Positions 30,301-37,500 of a DNA stretch of 61,350 bases are shown here, piece after piece. The notes below the pieces were generated by a model. The model did no database searches. It was not told the origin of the DNA and was given only the letters and a program-made list of their open reading frames with translations. Position numbers and translations under genes: made by a program. Each line of letters begins with the position of its first letter. The stretch's first letter is position 1. Origin of the DNA: Campylobacteraceae bacterium (GTDB taxonomy: Bacteria > Campylobacterota > Campylobacteria > Campylobacterales > Campylobacteraceae); contig JAIRNE010000010.1 in the NCBI GenBank assembly GCA_031258205.1, positions 1 through 61,350 on the forward strand, written 5' to 3'.

Positions 30301-31221
30301 CAAACCATTCAATGCACAACGGAAGCCGACGGCTCATGCAAAATATATTGGATGAGCGAAGATTGGGGCAGCGCAAATATCACGGCGTATATAGATGGCG
30401 ATATTGTCAGCGGCTTTCCTATAGAAAGAGTGTTTAGAAGAGTGGTATTTGACGATAATATCACTATCGTAGATTTTGCTCCGTCATCCAAGCGGGTACA
30501 TGTAGGAGACTTGGTAAGATATACGGTTAAGATTGAAAATAATATAGAGCAGGATACGGTATTTAGATTAAATAGCCTTATACCTAAAGGTTTCTCTTTT
30601 GTAGAGGGTTCAATCGTATCAAGTACGGCTAACGGCAGTATAAATTCAACCGTTATAAGCTCTCACGAGTTTGATGCAGAGAATTTGGCTATATACTCCG
30701 GCGGCGAATTGACGGTAGTTTATGTACTAAGAGTAGGAGCGGGAGCTAAAAAAGGAACGCATAAATCATACGTAGAAGCTTTTAAAGCAACAGAATCAAT
30801 CTCCAACAAAGCTTCAACCGAAGTGGAAGTTACGGGAGATCCTATGCTGGATGAGAGTTTGATATTCGGAACGGTTTATGTGGACGCTAACGCTAACGGT
30901 ATGCAGGATGTTGGAGAGATGGGAATCCCCGGAGTTAGAATTGCGACTGTGGAGGGTTACATCATAACGACAGACCAATTCGGAAGATATCACCTCTTGA
31001 ATATACTTGGAGGAGAGTGGGGCATAGGCAGGAATTTCATCATGAAAGTTGATGAGAGTTCGCTGCCTAAAGGTTCTACTTTTACTACGGCAAATCCTCT
31101 TTTGAGAAGATTAACTCCGGGTATTCCTGTAAGGTTTGATTTTGGAGTGAAACTGACAAACGAAGCAAGGAGCATTGAAACGCTCATGCGCTCCTCTGCT
31201 GCCGAAGGAGGTGCACAATGA
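21367..31221 (+). CDS. Giant (3284 aa) secreted surface protein / putative adhesin. Order of parts: N-terminal globular region, SdrD-B/Cna-B-like domain, GEVED motif, ~20 or more bacterial Ig-like (Big_1/invasin-like) repeats, DUF11-like domain, second SdrD-B-like domain.
   Basis: An uninterrupted 9.85 kb ORF with the RBS GAGGGG 8 nt upstream. Signal-like ...ITLSFIGAAVLSTSAYA|A. GTVYNDADGDGVISGSEAGISGLTVQLY and GTVYVDANANGMQDVGEMGIPGVRI are SdrD-B-like. DGEVEDYQVYV is the GEVED motif. The ~95-aa repeats follow the pattern Y.V.V...D..GNP......V.F.....G.L... Confidence 0.85.
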   Translation: MSELKSYPFSIGYFFKKVLFSGFLKKTSFSISCFLKSALFSGFPKRTLFSIGCLKKITLSFIGAAVLSTSAYAATWNCNYLYISGSSIMSFNPANGAINTQDVGYGAATIALGPVAGNMNMLRMRYWNYGGGTIYYSDSGATSWTNSGLSSDFLGTSLTNGGEINQLTAEIYITGAASNDDAYTGTSTSSTGSFRIGVYSPPYGTANRRVSPVITPGISYAVASDMAIDADGNAYILARYSGTSYSLIRINMKDQNGNFLPTPWYGTAIKTGIILSSASSYSGIWGMAFLNGKLYFTRSDDLYSLDPLTGAVATVRTDLPGSSPYDLASCQVAPIVRGTVYNDADGDGVISGSEAGISGLTVQLYSAAGSLLSTATTATDGTYSFIINNSNNADFYIRVKQPSINGIHAAQTWASGGTFTDRDSKINTVYNYCTDFTNDDTTGSSQNRTCYGARADGVDGAANGIAGVANYYSRVHVTTSLAVSRADFAFSTASDRSDSNINEVLHNTAIKTTGNSLRAYLGANVSTDAASIQSQTADSDSYDDGLYVLLNGRYVPVQQRGFVQNRNYNFRANINGSKKSDAKLSVFQTPQTSVSWSSLGAADLTGSGNYITFTGALTAAPGANSIIRARYSTSAGLTATANASTNAADPWVLDGEVEDYQVYVVDRQIKLALKTVGTSGNSGNLTFTMTNMHTTSPSSASAVISTDAPDVVTDEPIGKTHRINTANSPVSITVDKPQNLGIITSETTCVDLTDSSNVPLTFSRYQSGGKWYDNVTIAATSVKADSDIACTFAYGVAPAINVTANITLRAFANDQFNLSIADTNASSILTSNVSTGTNTAVSVSTVLAADHNNTVSVSMAGGSTSPLSRYALVAICDGVQQTVTNGAFSVSPTFGQTVNCSVTVSTSSVHTGYSGIVVIPHSNVVGNSSLVLITLKDANNVTIPSGGDNVTVFIASQSTNGASRLSNGTHTVTDGVNIRAIDHHNGSYSLNLTSNSTGNGTISFYVNGVLSANGGAYQFYAEEPDVNSTNTTIQIPSPNVGVSQNATAWIRVVDKYNNPVTNATVALYTVSTTTGGSPVLYNANVHNFNNGTYNVNLTSVLQGNVTVGMSINQVTVNPAGQYKNATARFLATNYNATGNYTTIKAEPNSTNAGNTSLVTVYLADNDNNSIDGRNVIIYVNSTNAANAIITPTPATGLGGGLYSATLTSNVSDNYTVTFRVDSNISNKSANVLFTVNPPKLDNKTLSYIDATNVVPAGSNSTIKVYLADEYNNSIKNATVSVRVLENDSGSFVPAGSNNSIAYTADSSDPKGGYYRVIYSTVTAHNVTFGFSANGVLAPESNNDTTTFTSGDVDLTHVNTTFAVTPHETDIEKNVTLRVHLVDNLSNVRASENVTFVVVGATFENGTAASLATINLIGSVTNHGNGTYTQNASTSVAQNVTFSFEVEGIGDGVSVGKTDWAKFKSAGWDISHVNTTITATQSVEVNSNSTVTVTLVDNKNNPVNNESVTIVRLSGAGGTFYPADAIVTQDGTGNGKYTARFTTPTAGNVTFGFVVGGNSNNSKNASTIFRSGQPNSTTSELTFNPPTASVSVEENYTVIAAIKDKDNNPISGTTVNFRVNGGALNAQTCQTGLDGRCSVIWTSTVTGDFTINATIGTLTNHIKNSPADRTFTAGLANETTSTFLLEPGPKTVGQSFNMNATLRDRFGNAIPNQLVFYSVEPAIAGAGFGAVGVETDSENKTTGSIARSDNTFWSNIAGSYKITVRFGSATGPEISGSNQTAVFIPAPANQYTSNLTVTGAGPVDSAGGYYTVRAYAKDNIGPNAVPNVNFNIAVTNGTLSNGTLSGKNIVCTTNAAGYCEFLWSSPSEKGVFTVTAAFTNGTAISGSPQTREFISGDANTTNSQLVIQEAGPKTANGTDRYTAVITLRDGSNIPTAGSVLVSVTGGLLDGAYTSQSYGVDNTTGSVTLYWSSFDANNFTINASISGGLITNGEQVREFITGPVYPANSNFTITPFSGVTADNVSAYTLRVNIQDAYHNNRPGTVVTFNAGEGYLNNGTSAPKTIACTTDANGNCTVTWVSDKVGNFSVSALAGIQTIGQLQYRDFVQGAADITMSNLTVSPATSRIADNSTYFTAVARIQDALGHDVTGELITFSVTGGWIDNGTNKGTTLTCVTASGICTVYWKSDTPGNPTIVANITAGQVGTAQRQFIATNATAVNSTLEVTPGGPVTAGTGSYTAQVTAMDNGGVAAPGAVIQFTVSGGVLNSDSCETNSSGQCFVTWTSNQTGNFSINATIASTNIGGNGEALKASPQYRVFEADVPTADNSTLVITPATNTVVANSGNYYTLNITARDTHGNAVPNQTMNIYIGYGELNNVTDFPAGSFTSGNSSCLTNATGGCLVAWRSDKVGEYPVNVTIAGQGGVIYSSNEDKARRFRYGDVGEGNSYFTVTSYNISQPDNIPVCEESEDSINLCGTYYNINAYIEDNSSNAYEGANVTFRIFRDNEPARDAYLNDLITDGFHGNEAASYSCVMNATGRCSANITLKANIAGTYQIYASVGSTYIKGLNNNDDTKVERTFVAAKASNQTSQIHFNPNADRSVEADNVSYYSVTVEVLDAHSNPINATLVTLNVPATSWLDNSTSVSSSVSCVTAGSGNCSVLWRSVLADNPQTITAQVQNITLEGTRTFFTGAPSSNTSNITVSSHNITTDENVTVTVTVNDAKGNPIKEVNHNVVIYTSLGNSSFVGGTAGHTGTLTNVNGTYTAVLKSANIGNTTLTFTVDSVPSDNTEWVYFNSGKPDVNGSNNNSYIKAVSPVEVGNNSLVTVYIGDSNSNPIDNLSVTIYIVDNATNSSALINGSEQVTINGGTGGNYTANLTALNQGNVTVSFIVNDIPVNANDVGKNATVMFKTGIPNANNSDIYVIHDIDNTTNASADGVDYYTVTVIVKDAYNSTATNGIVIDFEVDKGRLSEDNNTLGAYQTIQCTTEADGSCKIYWMSEDWGSANITAYIDGDIVSGFPIERVFRRVVFDDNITIVDFAPSSKRVHVGDLVRYTVKIENNIEQDTVFRLNSLIPKGFSFVEGSIVSSTANGSINSTVISSHEFDAENLAIYSGGELTVVYVLRVGAGAKKGTHKSYVEAFKATESISNKASTEVEVTGDPMLDESLIFGTVYVDANANGMQDVGEMGIPGVRIATVEGYIITTDQFGRYHLLNILGGEWGIGRNFIMKVDESSLPKGSTFTTANPLLRRLTPGIPVRFDFGVKLTNEARSIETLMRSSAAEGGAQ

Positions 31222-34200
31222 GAAAGAGTATTAAACTCAGCGCCTTAGCGGCGGCTTTGTTGATAGGTTCTATGCCGTTGAATGCGGCTAACGAGGCAGA
31301 TAATGACATCATTGTAGCGACGGACAATCAATCTTTAGAGCCCAAATCGGTTATCATACAGACAGAACCTGATTTAATCTCTTTGATTGAGAGTGATGAC
31401 AGTCTATTAAATGACGAGGCAGACAGCGATATTGTCATTATTGCACAGACAGAACCGTCTTTAGTTTTGCCTGAGAGCGATAAAGACGATGATGGTCTGT
31501 TGAATAACGAGGCAGACAGCGACATTGCCGACGAACAACCTTTAGAGCCTAAATCGGTTATTATACAAACAGAACCGTCTTTAGTCTCTTTGCCTGAAGA
31601 GGAGGGCGATAAAGACGATTCTAATGCGCTCAATAGTCCGTTTGCCGACAATGTCAAAGCTCCTTTGATATACCCAAGCGCCTATTCGCTTCAGCTTCCA
31701 AATAACGGTTTAATATGGATATCCGAAGACCCCAACATGGGCGAGACGTCTTTGAATGCCGTCAGCTTGTCGTTTGTCTCTGCAGAGAATGGACAGCTTA
31801 GCGAAAGTTTGGATTTTTATATCAGGACAAATTATGCGGCTTTTATAGACAAATTAGAGATATCTATCTATAGAAGCGCGGATAAGGATTTCATAGAGCC
31901 TTTGGCTGTACTTAACGCAAATCCAACATCTTTTACAAGGATAAGATGGGACGGCAAACTGCCCGATAAATATACTTATCAAGCGGGAGACGAGTTGGTT
32001 TACGTATTGAGAGCTTACGATAAAGACGGAAGGTTTGACGAAACAACCGCTAAAACAATCTCTATTCTTAGAAAAGAGGATGTAAAAGAGGCTAAAGACG
32101 AACTGAGAGTTCGTATCTCAAAAGAGCAGGGCATATTAATAGACGATAACGAAGCCGCCGTCATGCAGTATCTGCTAAACGAAGCGTTTGGCAGAAACGC
32201 TATAAGCAAGCGAAATATCGTTACGTACGGTTCAAAGATTATCTTAAGAGGCGTTAATATCCCTAAAGACACCGTTCTTTTGATTAACTCCGAGCAGTAT
32301 CCGATAGACTTTGAGAGAAGATTTACCGCCGAATATATAATGCCGGTAGGAACTCACTCTTACGATATAGCTCTCATCGGAGCGGAGAATACGCAAGGAC
32401 GCTTAAGCTTAGAGGTCTCTCCGTACTACATGTTCGGTATGGCTATAGCCGATATAACTATAAGCAAATCGGACGTAGGCGACAGCGAATTGAGAGGAGA
32501 TGACGACGAAGACGTATTAGAAGAGGGCAGATTGGCTTTCTATACGAAAGGCAAGTTATACGGCAAATACAATTTTACCGCCCAAGCGGATACTACTCAA
32601 AAAAGTATCAATAAGCTCTTTTCAGGATTTACGCAAGCGGACGCAGGGGATTTGTTTGAGACGTTAGATCCGGACATGTACTATCCTACTTACGGCGACG
32701 ACTCTACCGTGTTTAAAGACGTAAACACTCAAGGCAGATTTTATGCGAAAGTAGAGTGGGATAAGAGCGAAGCTTTGTGGGGCAACTACGACACCGGCTT
32801 TAGCGGTACGGAGTACGCCGCGTATTCAAGAAGTTTGTACGGAGCAAAGCTTGATTATAAATCTTTGGATATAACTCCTTACGGAGAGTCTAAATTAAAC
32901 GTAAAACTATTCGGTTCAGAAGAGGTCAGCGCGTTAGGACATAACGAATTTTTGGGAACGGGCGGCAGTTTATATTATCTGCAGCACATGGATATACTGC
33001 CCGGTTCAGAGAAGATATCGCTGCGCGTAACGGATACTTTGACGGGCAATACGATAGCAAAAATAGATTTGAATAACGGTATAGATTATGAGATAGACAA
33101 TATACAAGGAAGGGTGATTTTGACCCGACCTTTGTCTCAAATCATTTACCAAAATGTCAATACTATAACAATCACATCGCCTCTAAGCGGCTATGAACAG
33201 AGATTGATAGTAGATTATGAGTATGTCCCAAGAGGATTTGAGGGAGACACTCTCACGGGCGGCGTAAGAGCTAAACAGTGGCTTAACGATTATATAGCCG
33301 TAGGCGGAACATACGTAAGAGAAGAGAAGGGAGGCTATAGCGACGACTATCAGATAGCGGGGGGCGATATAACTTTGCAGGTGGGCAAAGGAACGTATAT
33401 AAGAGGCGAGATTACAAGAACGGAGTCAAACGCGGGCTCTATATTCTACTCTGATAACGGAGGTCTTAGCTTTACCGATATAAGAGATAACTCCAACGCT
33501 ACCGGCGGCAACGCTATATCTGTTGATGCGAGAGCAAACTTCAAAGAGCTCGGAATTGTAAATAACGAATTTACAATGGGCGGCTGGTACAGAGATACTC
33601 AAAGCGGATTTGCCACAACGGCTTCGACGCTTGCTTTTGGCGGCATAACCGAGTACGGAGCCGAGGCTGCGGCGGAGATTACAAACAGTATAAGCATATA
33701 TACAAAAGTAAGCGAGAGCAAAAAGAAAAGCGACGACAGTTCATACTCCGAAGCCGCCGTAAAAGCTTCGTATAAAGCCGCTGAGAAATTGACGCTAAGC
33801 GCAGAGGCGGATTACAGGCAGACAGAGCGTAATGCCACTTCAAAAGTACATGGAGCGGTAGGAGCTTTAAGAGCCGATTATGATATCACTCCAAATCTTG
33901 AAACATATCTGACCGGTCAATTTATGATAAACGACAACAGCGGTCAATATGAAAACAATGACGCCGTTATCGTGGGCGCGAGATATATTCTTAACGGTTC
34001 AAGTTTAGAGGGACGATATATAACGGGACATAGAGGAGAGTCTTTAGGTCTTGACGTCTCTCATGAGCTCAATAAAGACCATACGGTATATGCGGGCTAC
34101 ACTTACAGCGCAGAGGGATATTCAAGCGATAATATATTCAATTCGCAAACGGGTACAGGTTTTACGGTAGGTCAAAAGTGGAGCGTTACGGATAAGATAA

Positions 34201-35081
34201 ATCTTTACAACGAGTCACAGCTGCTTAGAAACGGAAACTCAAGAGGAAACTCAAACTCCTTAGGTATGGATTTTTACCTTGGAGAGGGTTGGAATATGGG
34301 ATTTTTATACCAGCAGGGAGCTCTTGAATCAAGCGGGGGAGAGACTACCGACAGAGATGCATTCTCTTTCAGCGTGGGTCAAACTTCAAGCGTTACTAAT
34401 TGGCTAAGCAAATTGGAATACAGACAAGACAGGGGACATGAGGAGAGAGAGCAGTTTTTGACTACAAACAGAATCTCATACAAATGGAACGATTCTCTAA
34501 GTTTTGCCGGAAAATTCAACTACGCTAAAACAAAAGACGATAAAAACGCTCAAAATCAAGCGGAGTTTACGGAGTTAAACACAGGCTTCGCATACAGACC
34601 GTTTGATTCCGGTAAATTGGCGTTCTTTGGAAGATTTACCTATCTTTACGATATGTCTCCAGAACAGCAGATAGACTATACCAGTTTGTCAGGCAGTTCT
34701 TATGACCAAAAGAGTCAAATCATCTCGCTTGAGGGAGTATATAAATATGACGCCAAATGGGAGTTTGCTCTAAAATACGCTCAACGGTTCGGAAAAGTTA
34801 AATATGACGGATTGGAAGAGTGGTTTGATTCCGAGACTACTTTTTATGCGGGACAAGTCAGGTATGACCTTATTTATGATTGGCATGCTCTCGTAGAGTA
34901 TAGAGTTCTTGACGTAAAAGACGGAGGCAATAAAGAGGGATACATGGTGGGTATAGATAAAGATATCACCAAAAACTTCAGACTCGGCATCGGTTATAAC
35001 TTTACCGACTTCTCTGACGATTTGAGAGTGTTGGATTATAAGTCGCAAGGCTGGTTCCTAAACGCGGTAGGAACATACTAA
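31218..35081 (+). CDS. Large (1287 aa) predicted outer-membrane protein, translationally coupled to the giant surface protein
   Basis: The ATGA start/stop overlap at 31218-31221. Signal peptide MRKSIKLSALAAALLIGSMPLNA|A. An acidic repeat region. The C-terminal ~700 aa has alternating aromatic and small residues typical of beta-barrel strands, and the protein ends ...GWFLNAVGTY. Confidence 0.7.
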   Translation: MRKSIKLSALAAALLIGSMPLNAANEADNDIIVATDNQSLEPKSVIIQTEPDLISLIESDDSLLNDEADSDIVIIAQTEPSLVLPESDKDDDGLLNNEADSDIADEQPLEPKSVIIQTEPSLVSLPEEEGDKDDSNALNSPFADNVKAPLIYPSAYSLQLPNNGLIWISEDPNMGETSLNAVSLSFVSAENGQLSESLDFYIRTNYAAFIDKLEISIYRSADKDFIEPLAVLNANPTSFTRIRWDGKLPDKYTYQAGDELVYVLRAYDKDGRFDETTAKTISILRKEDVKEAKDELRVRISKEQGILIDDNEAAVMQYLLNEAFGRNAISKRNIVTYGSKIILRGVNIPKDTVLLINSEQYPIDFERRFTAEYIMPVGTHSYDIALIGAENTQGRLSLEVSPYYMFGMAIADITISKSDVGDSELRGDDDEDVLEEGRLAFYTKGKLYGKYNFTAQADTTQKSINKLFSGFTQADAGDLFETLDPDMYYPTYGDDSTVFKDVNTQGRFYAKVEWDKSEALWGNYDTGFSGTEYAAYSRSLYGAKLDYKSLDITPYGESKLNVKLFGSEEVSALGHNEFLGTGGSLYYLQHMDILPGSEKISLRVTDTLTGNTIAKIDLNNGIDYEIDNIQGRVILTRPLSQIIYQNVNTITITSPLSGYEQRLIVDYEYVPRGFEGDTLTGGVRAKQWLNDYIAVGGTYVREEKGGYSDDYQIAGGDITLQVGKGTYIRGEITRTESNAGSIFYSDNGGLSFTDIRDNSNATGGNAISVDARANFKELGIVNNEFTMGGWYRDTQSGFATTASTLAFGGITEYGAEAAAEITNSISIYTKVSESKKKSDDSSYSEAAVKASYKAAEKLTLSAEADYRQTERNATSKVHGAVGALRADYDITPNLETYLTGQFMINDNSGQYENNDAVIVGARYILNGSSLEGRYITGHRGESLGLDVSHELNKDHTVYAGYTYSAEGYSSDNIFNSQTGTGFTVGQKWSVTDKINLYNESQLLRNGNSRGNSNSLGMDFYLGEGWNMGFLYQQGALESSGGETTDRDAFSFSVGQTSSVTNWLSKLEYRQDRGHEEREQFLTTNRISYKWNDSLSFAGKFNYAKTKDDKNAQNQAEFTELNTGFAYRPFDSGKLAFFGRFTYLYDMSPEQQIDYTSLSGSSYDQKSQIISLEGVYKYDAKWEFALKYAQRFGKVKYDGLEEWFDSETTFYAGQVRYDLIYDWHALVEYRVLDVKDGGNKEGYMVGIDKDITKNFRLGIGYNFTDFSDDLRVLDYKSQGWFLNAVGTY

Positions 35082-35085
35082 TAAA

Positions 35086-35110
35086 TACTCCCGCAAATCT
35101 TGCGGGAGTA
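35086..35110 (+). terminator. Hairpin after the outer-membrane protein gene (terminator-like, no clear T-tract)
   Basis: TACTCCCGCA-aatct-TGCGGGAGTA is a 10-bp perfect stem 5 nt after the stop. Confidence 0.5.
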
Positions 35111-35213
35111 AATCCTTCAAGCGCATACACAGCGGTTATATATACATTTTGTCAAGCTATACATAATTTTATTTTAGATAAAATACCTCTTATTTTTTTA
35201 ATTAAGGTGCGTT

Positions 35214-36413
35214 ATGGATTTTGCAAAACTTGCTTCAAAATATAAAACGCCGTTGTATATTTATGATTTTGATTATATAAGTGCGCAGTTTAATAGTCTA
35301 AAAGAGGCTTTTCATGCCAGAAAATCGCTTATTTGCTATGCCGTGAAGGCAAACTCAAATTTAAGCGTTTTGAAGCTTTTGGGCAGATTGGGAGCAGGGT
35401 GCGACTGCGTCTCTATCGGAGAGATTAAAAGAGCGTTATTCGCCGGAATTGCAAAATACAAAATCATATTCAGCGGCGTGGGCAAAGACGACAGCGAGAT
35501 AGAGTTTGCGCTGCGTTCGGATATTTTGATGATAAATATAGAGAGCGAGGCGGAATTAAAAAGAGTTGAAAAAATAGCCGAAATTTTAAACAAAACGGCA
35601 AGAATAAGCATACGCGTCAATCCAAATGTAGATGCCAAAACACACCCTTACATCTCTACCGGACTTAAGAAAAATAAGTTTGGCGTGGATGTAGATACGG
35701 CAAAAAAACTCTATATCTACTGTAAAAATTCGCCGTTTTTAGAACCTGTTGGCATACATTGCCATATAGGAAGTCAAATACTTGATATCGCCGCATACAG
35801 CGAAGCCGCCGCGATAACAGCCGAACTTTTAAGAAATTTAAAAGCGATTGAGATAGATATCAAATTTTTTGACGCAGGCGGCGGACTTGGTATCCGTTAT
35901 AAAGACGAAATTACGATTAAACCTTATGATTTCGCGCAGGCGGTATTGGCTAATCTATCCGGAACGGACGTAACGATAGTGTGCGAACCCGGACGTTTTT
36001 TAGTCGGCAACAGCGGATATTTGCTGACAAAAGTTTTGTATGAGAAAAAAAACGGCGTTAAGCGGTTTGTTATCGTAGATGCGGCTATGAATGATTTAAT
36101 CAGACCCAGCTTATATGACGCTTATCATGAGATAGAGGCGGTAGGCAAAAGTGACGGCGCGGCTTTAGCGGACGTTGTGGGACCTATTTGTGAAAGCGGC
36201 GATTTTTTGGCGCAGGATATAATGCTGCCGCCGCTTGAGAATGGAGATTTGCTTGTCGTAAAGAGCGCGGGAGCATACGGATTTAGCATGAGCGGCAATT
36301 ATAATTCGCGTCCGCGCGCGGCAGAGGTCGCCATAGAGGGCGGCAAAGACCGTTTGATAAGGGATAGAGAGCGTTTTGAAGATTTGATAAGATTGGAAAA
36401 AGAGTATCTTTAA
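35214..36413 (+). CDS. lysA: Diaminopimelate decarboxylase
   Basis: YAVKANSNLSVL holds the PLP lysine. Also HIGSQ, GGGLGI, CESGD and AGAYG. Confidence 0.93.
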   Translation: MDFAKLASKYKTPLYIYDFDYISAQFNSLKEAFHARKSLICYAVKANSNLSVLKLLGRLGAGCDCVSIGEIKRALFAGIAKYKIIFSGVGKDDSEIEFALRSDILMINIESEAELKRVEKIAEILNKTARISIRVNPNVDAKTHPYISTGLKKNKFGVDVDTAKKLYIYCKNSPFLEPVGIHCHIGSQILDIAAYSEAAAITAELLRNLKAIEIDIKFFDAGGGLGIRYKDEITIKPYDFAQAVLANLSGTDVTIVCEPGRFLVGNSGYLLTKVLYEKKNGVKRFVIVDAAMNDLIRPSLYDAYHEIEAVGKSDGAALADVVGPICESGDFLAQDIMLPPLENGDLLVVKSAGAYGFSMSGNYNSRPRAAEVAIEGGKDRLIRDRERFEDLIRLEKEYL

Positions 36414-36426
36414 AAGGAGATGCGGA

Positions 36427-37497
36427 GTGCATAAAATCAGCGAATATAGACGCAAGATAGATGAAATTGACGACGAGATTTTAAGACTTTTAAACGAGCG
36501 CATGGGGTTTGTGAAAGAGATAGGCATACTCAAACACGCAAGCGGCGCTTCTATATATAGACCTGAACGCGAGAAAGAGATACTTGATCGTTTAAAACGA
36601 CAAAATAACAGTTTTGTAAAAAGCGGCGCGATTGAGGCTATATATTCGGAGATATTTGCCGTAAGCCGCAATATAGAATTGCCTGAAAAGATAGCGTTTT
36701 TAGGACCTGAGGGGACATATTCTCATCAGGCGGCCAAGAGTAGATTTGGCGCGCAGGGCGTATATTTGGCGTTAAGCTCTATTGAGGCGGTATTTGAGGT
36801 GTTACGCAACAAAGAGGCTAAATACGGCGTTGTACCGATAGAAAATAATACCGAAGGGGCGGTCGGCATTACGCTTGATTGTCTGGGCAAATATCAAGAT
36901 ATTAAAATCGCGGCTGAAATTTACATGGATATTCACCACTCTTTTGCGACATTTGCCGAAGACGTTAAAGATATAAAACGCATCTATTCGCATCCGCAAG
37001 GCTACAACCAATGCAGACAGTTTTTGGAAACGCATATGTTAAGCGGCGTAGAGTTTATACCCGTTGAATCAACCGCGCAAGCGGCGCATATGGCAAGCAT
37101 AGAAAAAAGCGCGGCGGCTGTCTGCTCGCATATAGCGGCGAAACTTTATAATGTCCCGATACTGTTTGAGAAAATAGAGGATAATTTGGCAAATAGAACG
37201 CGTTTTATTATTTTGAGCGATTTTAAAAACGCAAAAGGCACGAAAAATAAAACCTCTATTTTGGCTAAAACGCAGGATAAGCCGGGCGGACTTTTATCTT
37301 TACTGCAAATTTTTAACGATGCTAAGATAAATCTTACAAAGCTTGAATCGCGTCCGATAAAAGGCAGAGAGTTTAAAAGGGTGTTTTATTTGGATTTTGA
37401 AGGACACATAGACGATGAGAATGTCCAAAGCGTTTTAAACGGGAAAGGAAAGAGTTATGATATTATATGGCTTGGAAGTTACATATCAGAGGATTGA
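36427..37497 (+). CDS. pheA: Bifunctional chorismate mutase / prephenate dehydratase (P-protein)
   Basis: The N-terminal CM_2 region is IDEIDDEILRLLNERM. The PDT region is FLGPEGTYSHQAA...TRF. The ACT region is LESRP....Y.F..D..GH. GTG start after AAGGAG. Confidence 0.9.
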   Translation: MHKISEYRRKIDEIDDEILRLLNERMGFVKEIGILKHASGASIYRPEREKEILDRLKRQNNSFVKSGAIEAIYSEIFAVSRNIELPEKIAFLGPEGTYSHQAAKSRFGAQGVYLALSSIEAVFEVLRNKEAKYGVVPIENNTEGAVGITLDCLGKYQDIKIAAEIYMDIHHSFATFAEDVKDIKRIYSHPQGYNQCRQFLETHMLSGVEFIPVESTAQAAHMASIEKSAAAVCSHIAAKLYNVPILFEKIEDNLANRTRFIILSDFKNAKGTKNKTSILAKTQDKPGGLLSLLQIFNDAKINLTKLESRPIKGREFKRVFYLDFEGHIDDENVQSVLNGKGKSYDIIWLGSYISED

Positions 37498-37500
37498 TTG

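Noticed and set aside
22248-30491. Numerous 60-116-aa minus-strand ORFs inside the giant gene.
   Set aside because: They are by-products of a long repetitive GC-balanced coding region. None has start-site support and all are embedded antisense.
21367-31221. The giant protein as an RTX/T1SS adhesin, a classical autotransporter, or a TpsA exoprotein.
   Set aside because: I found no GGxGxD nonapeptide repeats, no C-terminal T1SS signal context, no C-terminal or N-terminal barrel in the same polypeptide, and no TPS NPNL/NPNGI motif. No ABC, MFP, TolC or TpsB gene is adjacent.
15906-35110. A prophage or integrative element carrying the accessory stretch.
   Set aside because: I could not recognise any integrase, transposase, phage structural gene, tRNA attachment site or clear direct-repeat att sites. 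Only the MITE clusters mark the boundaries.
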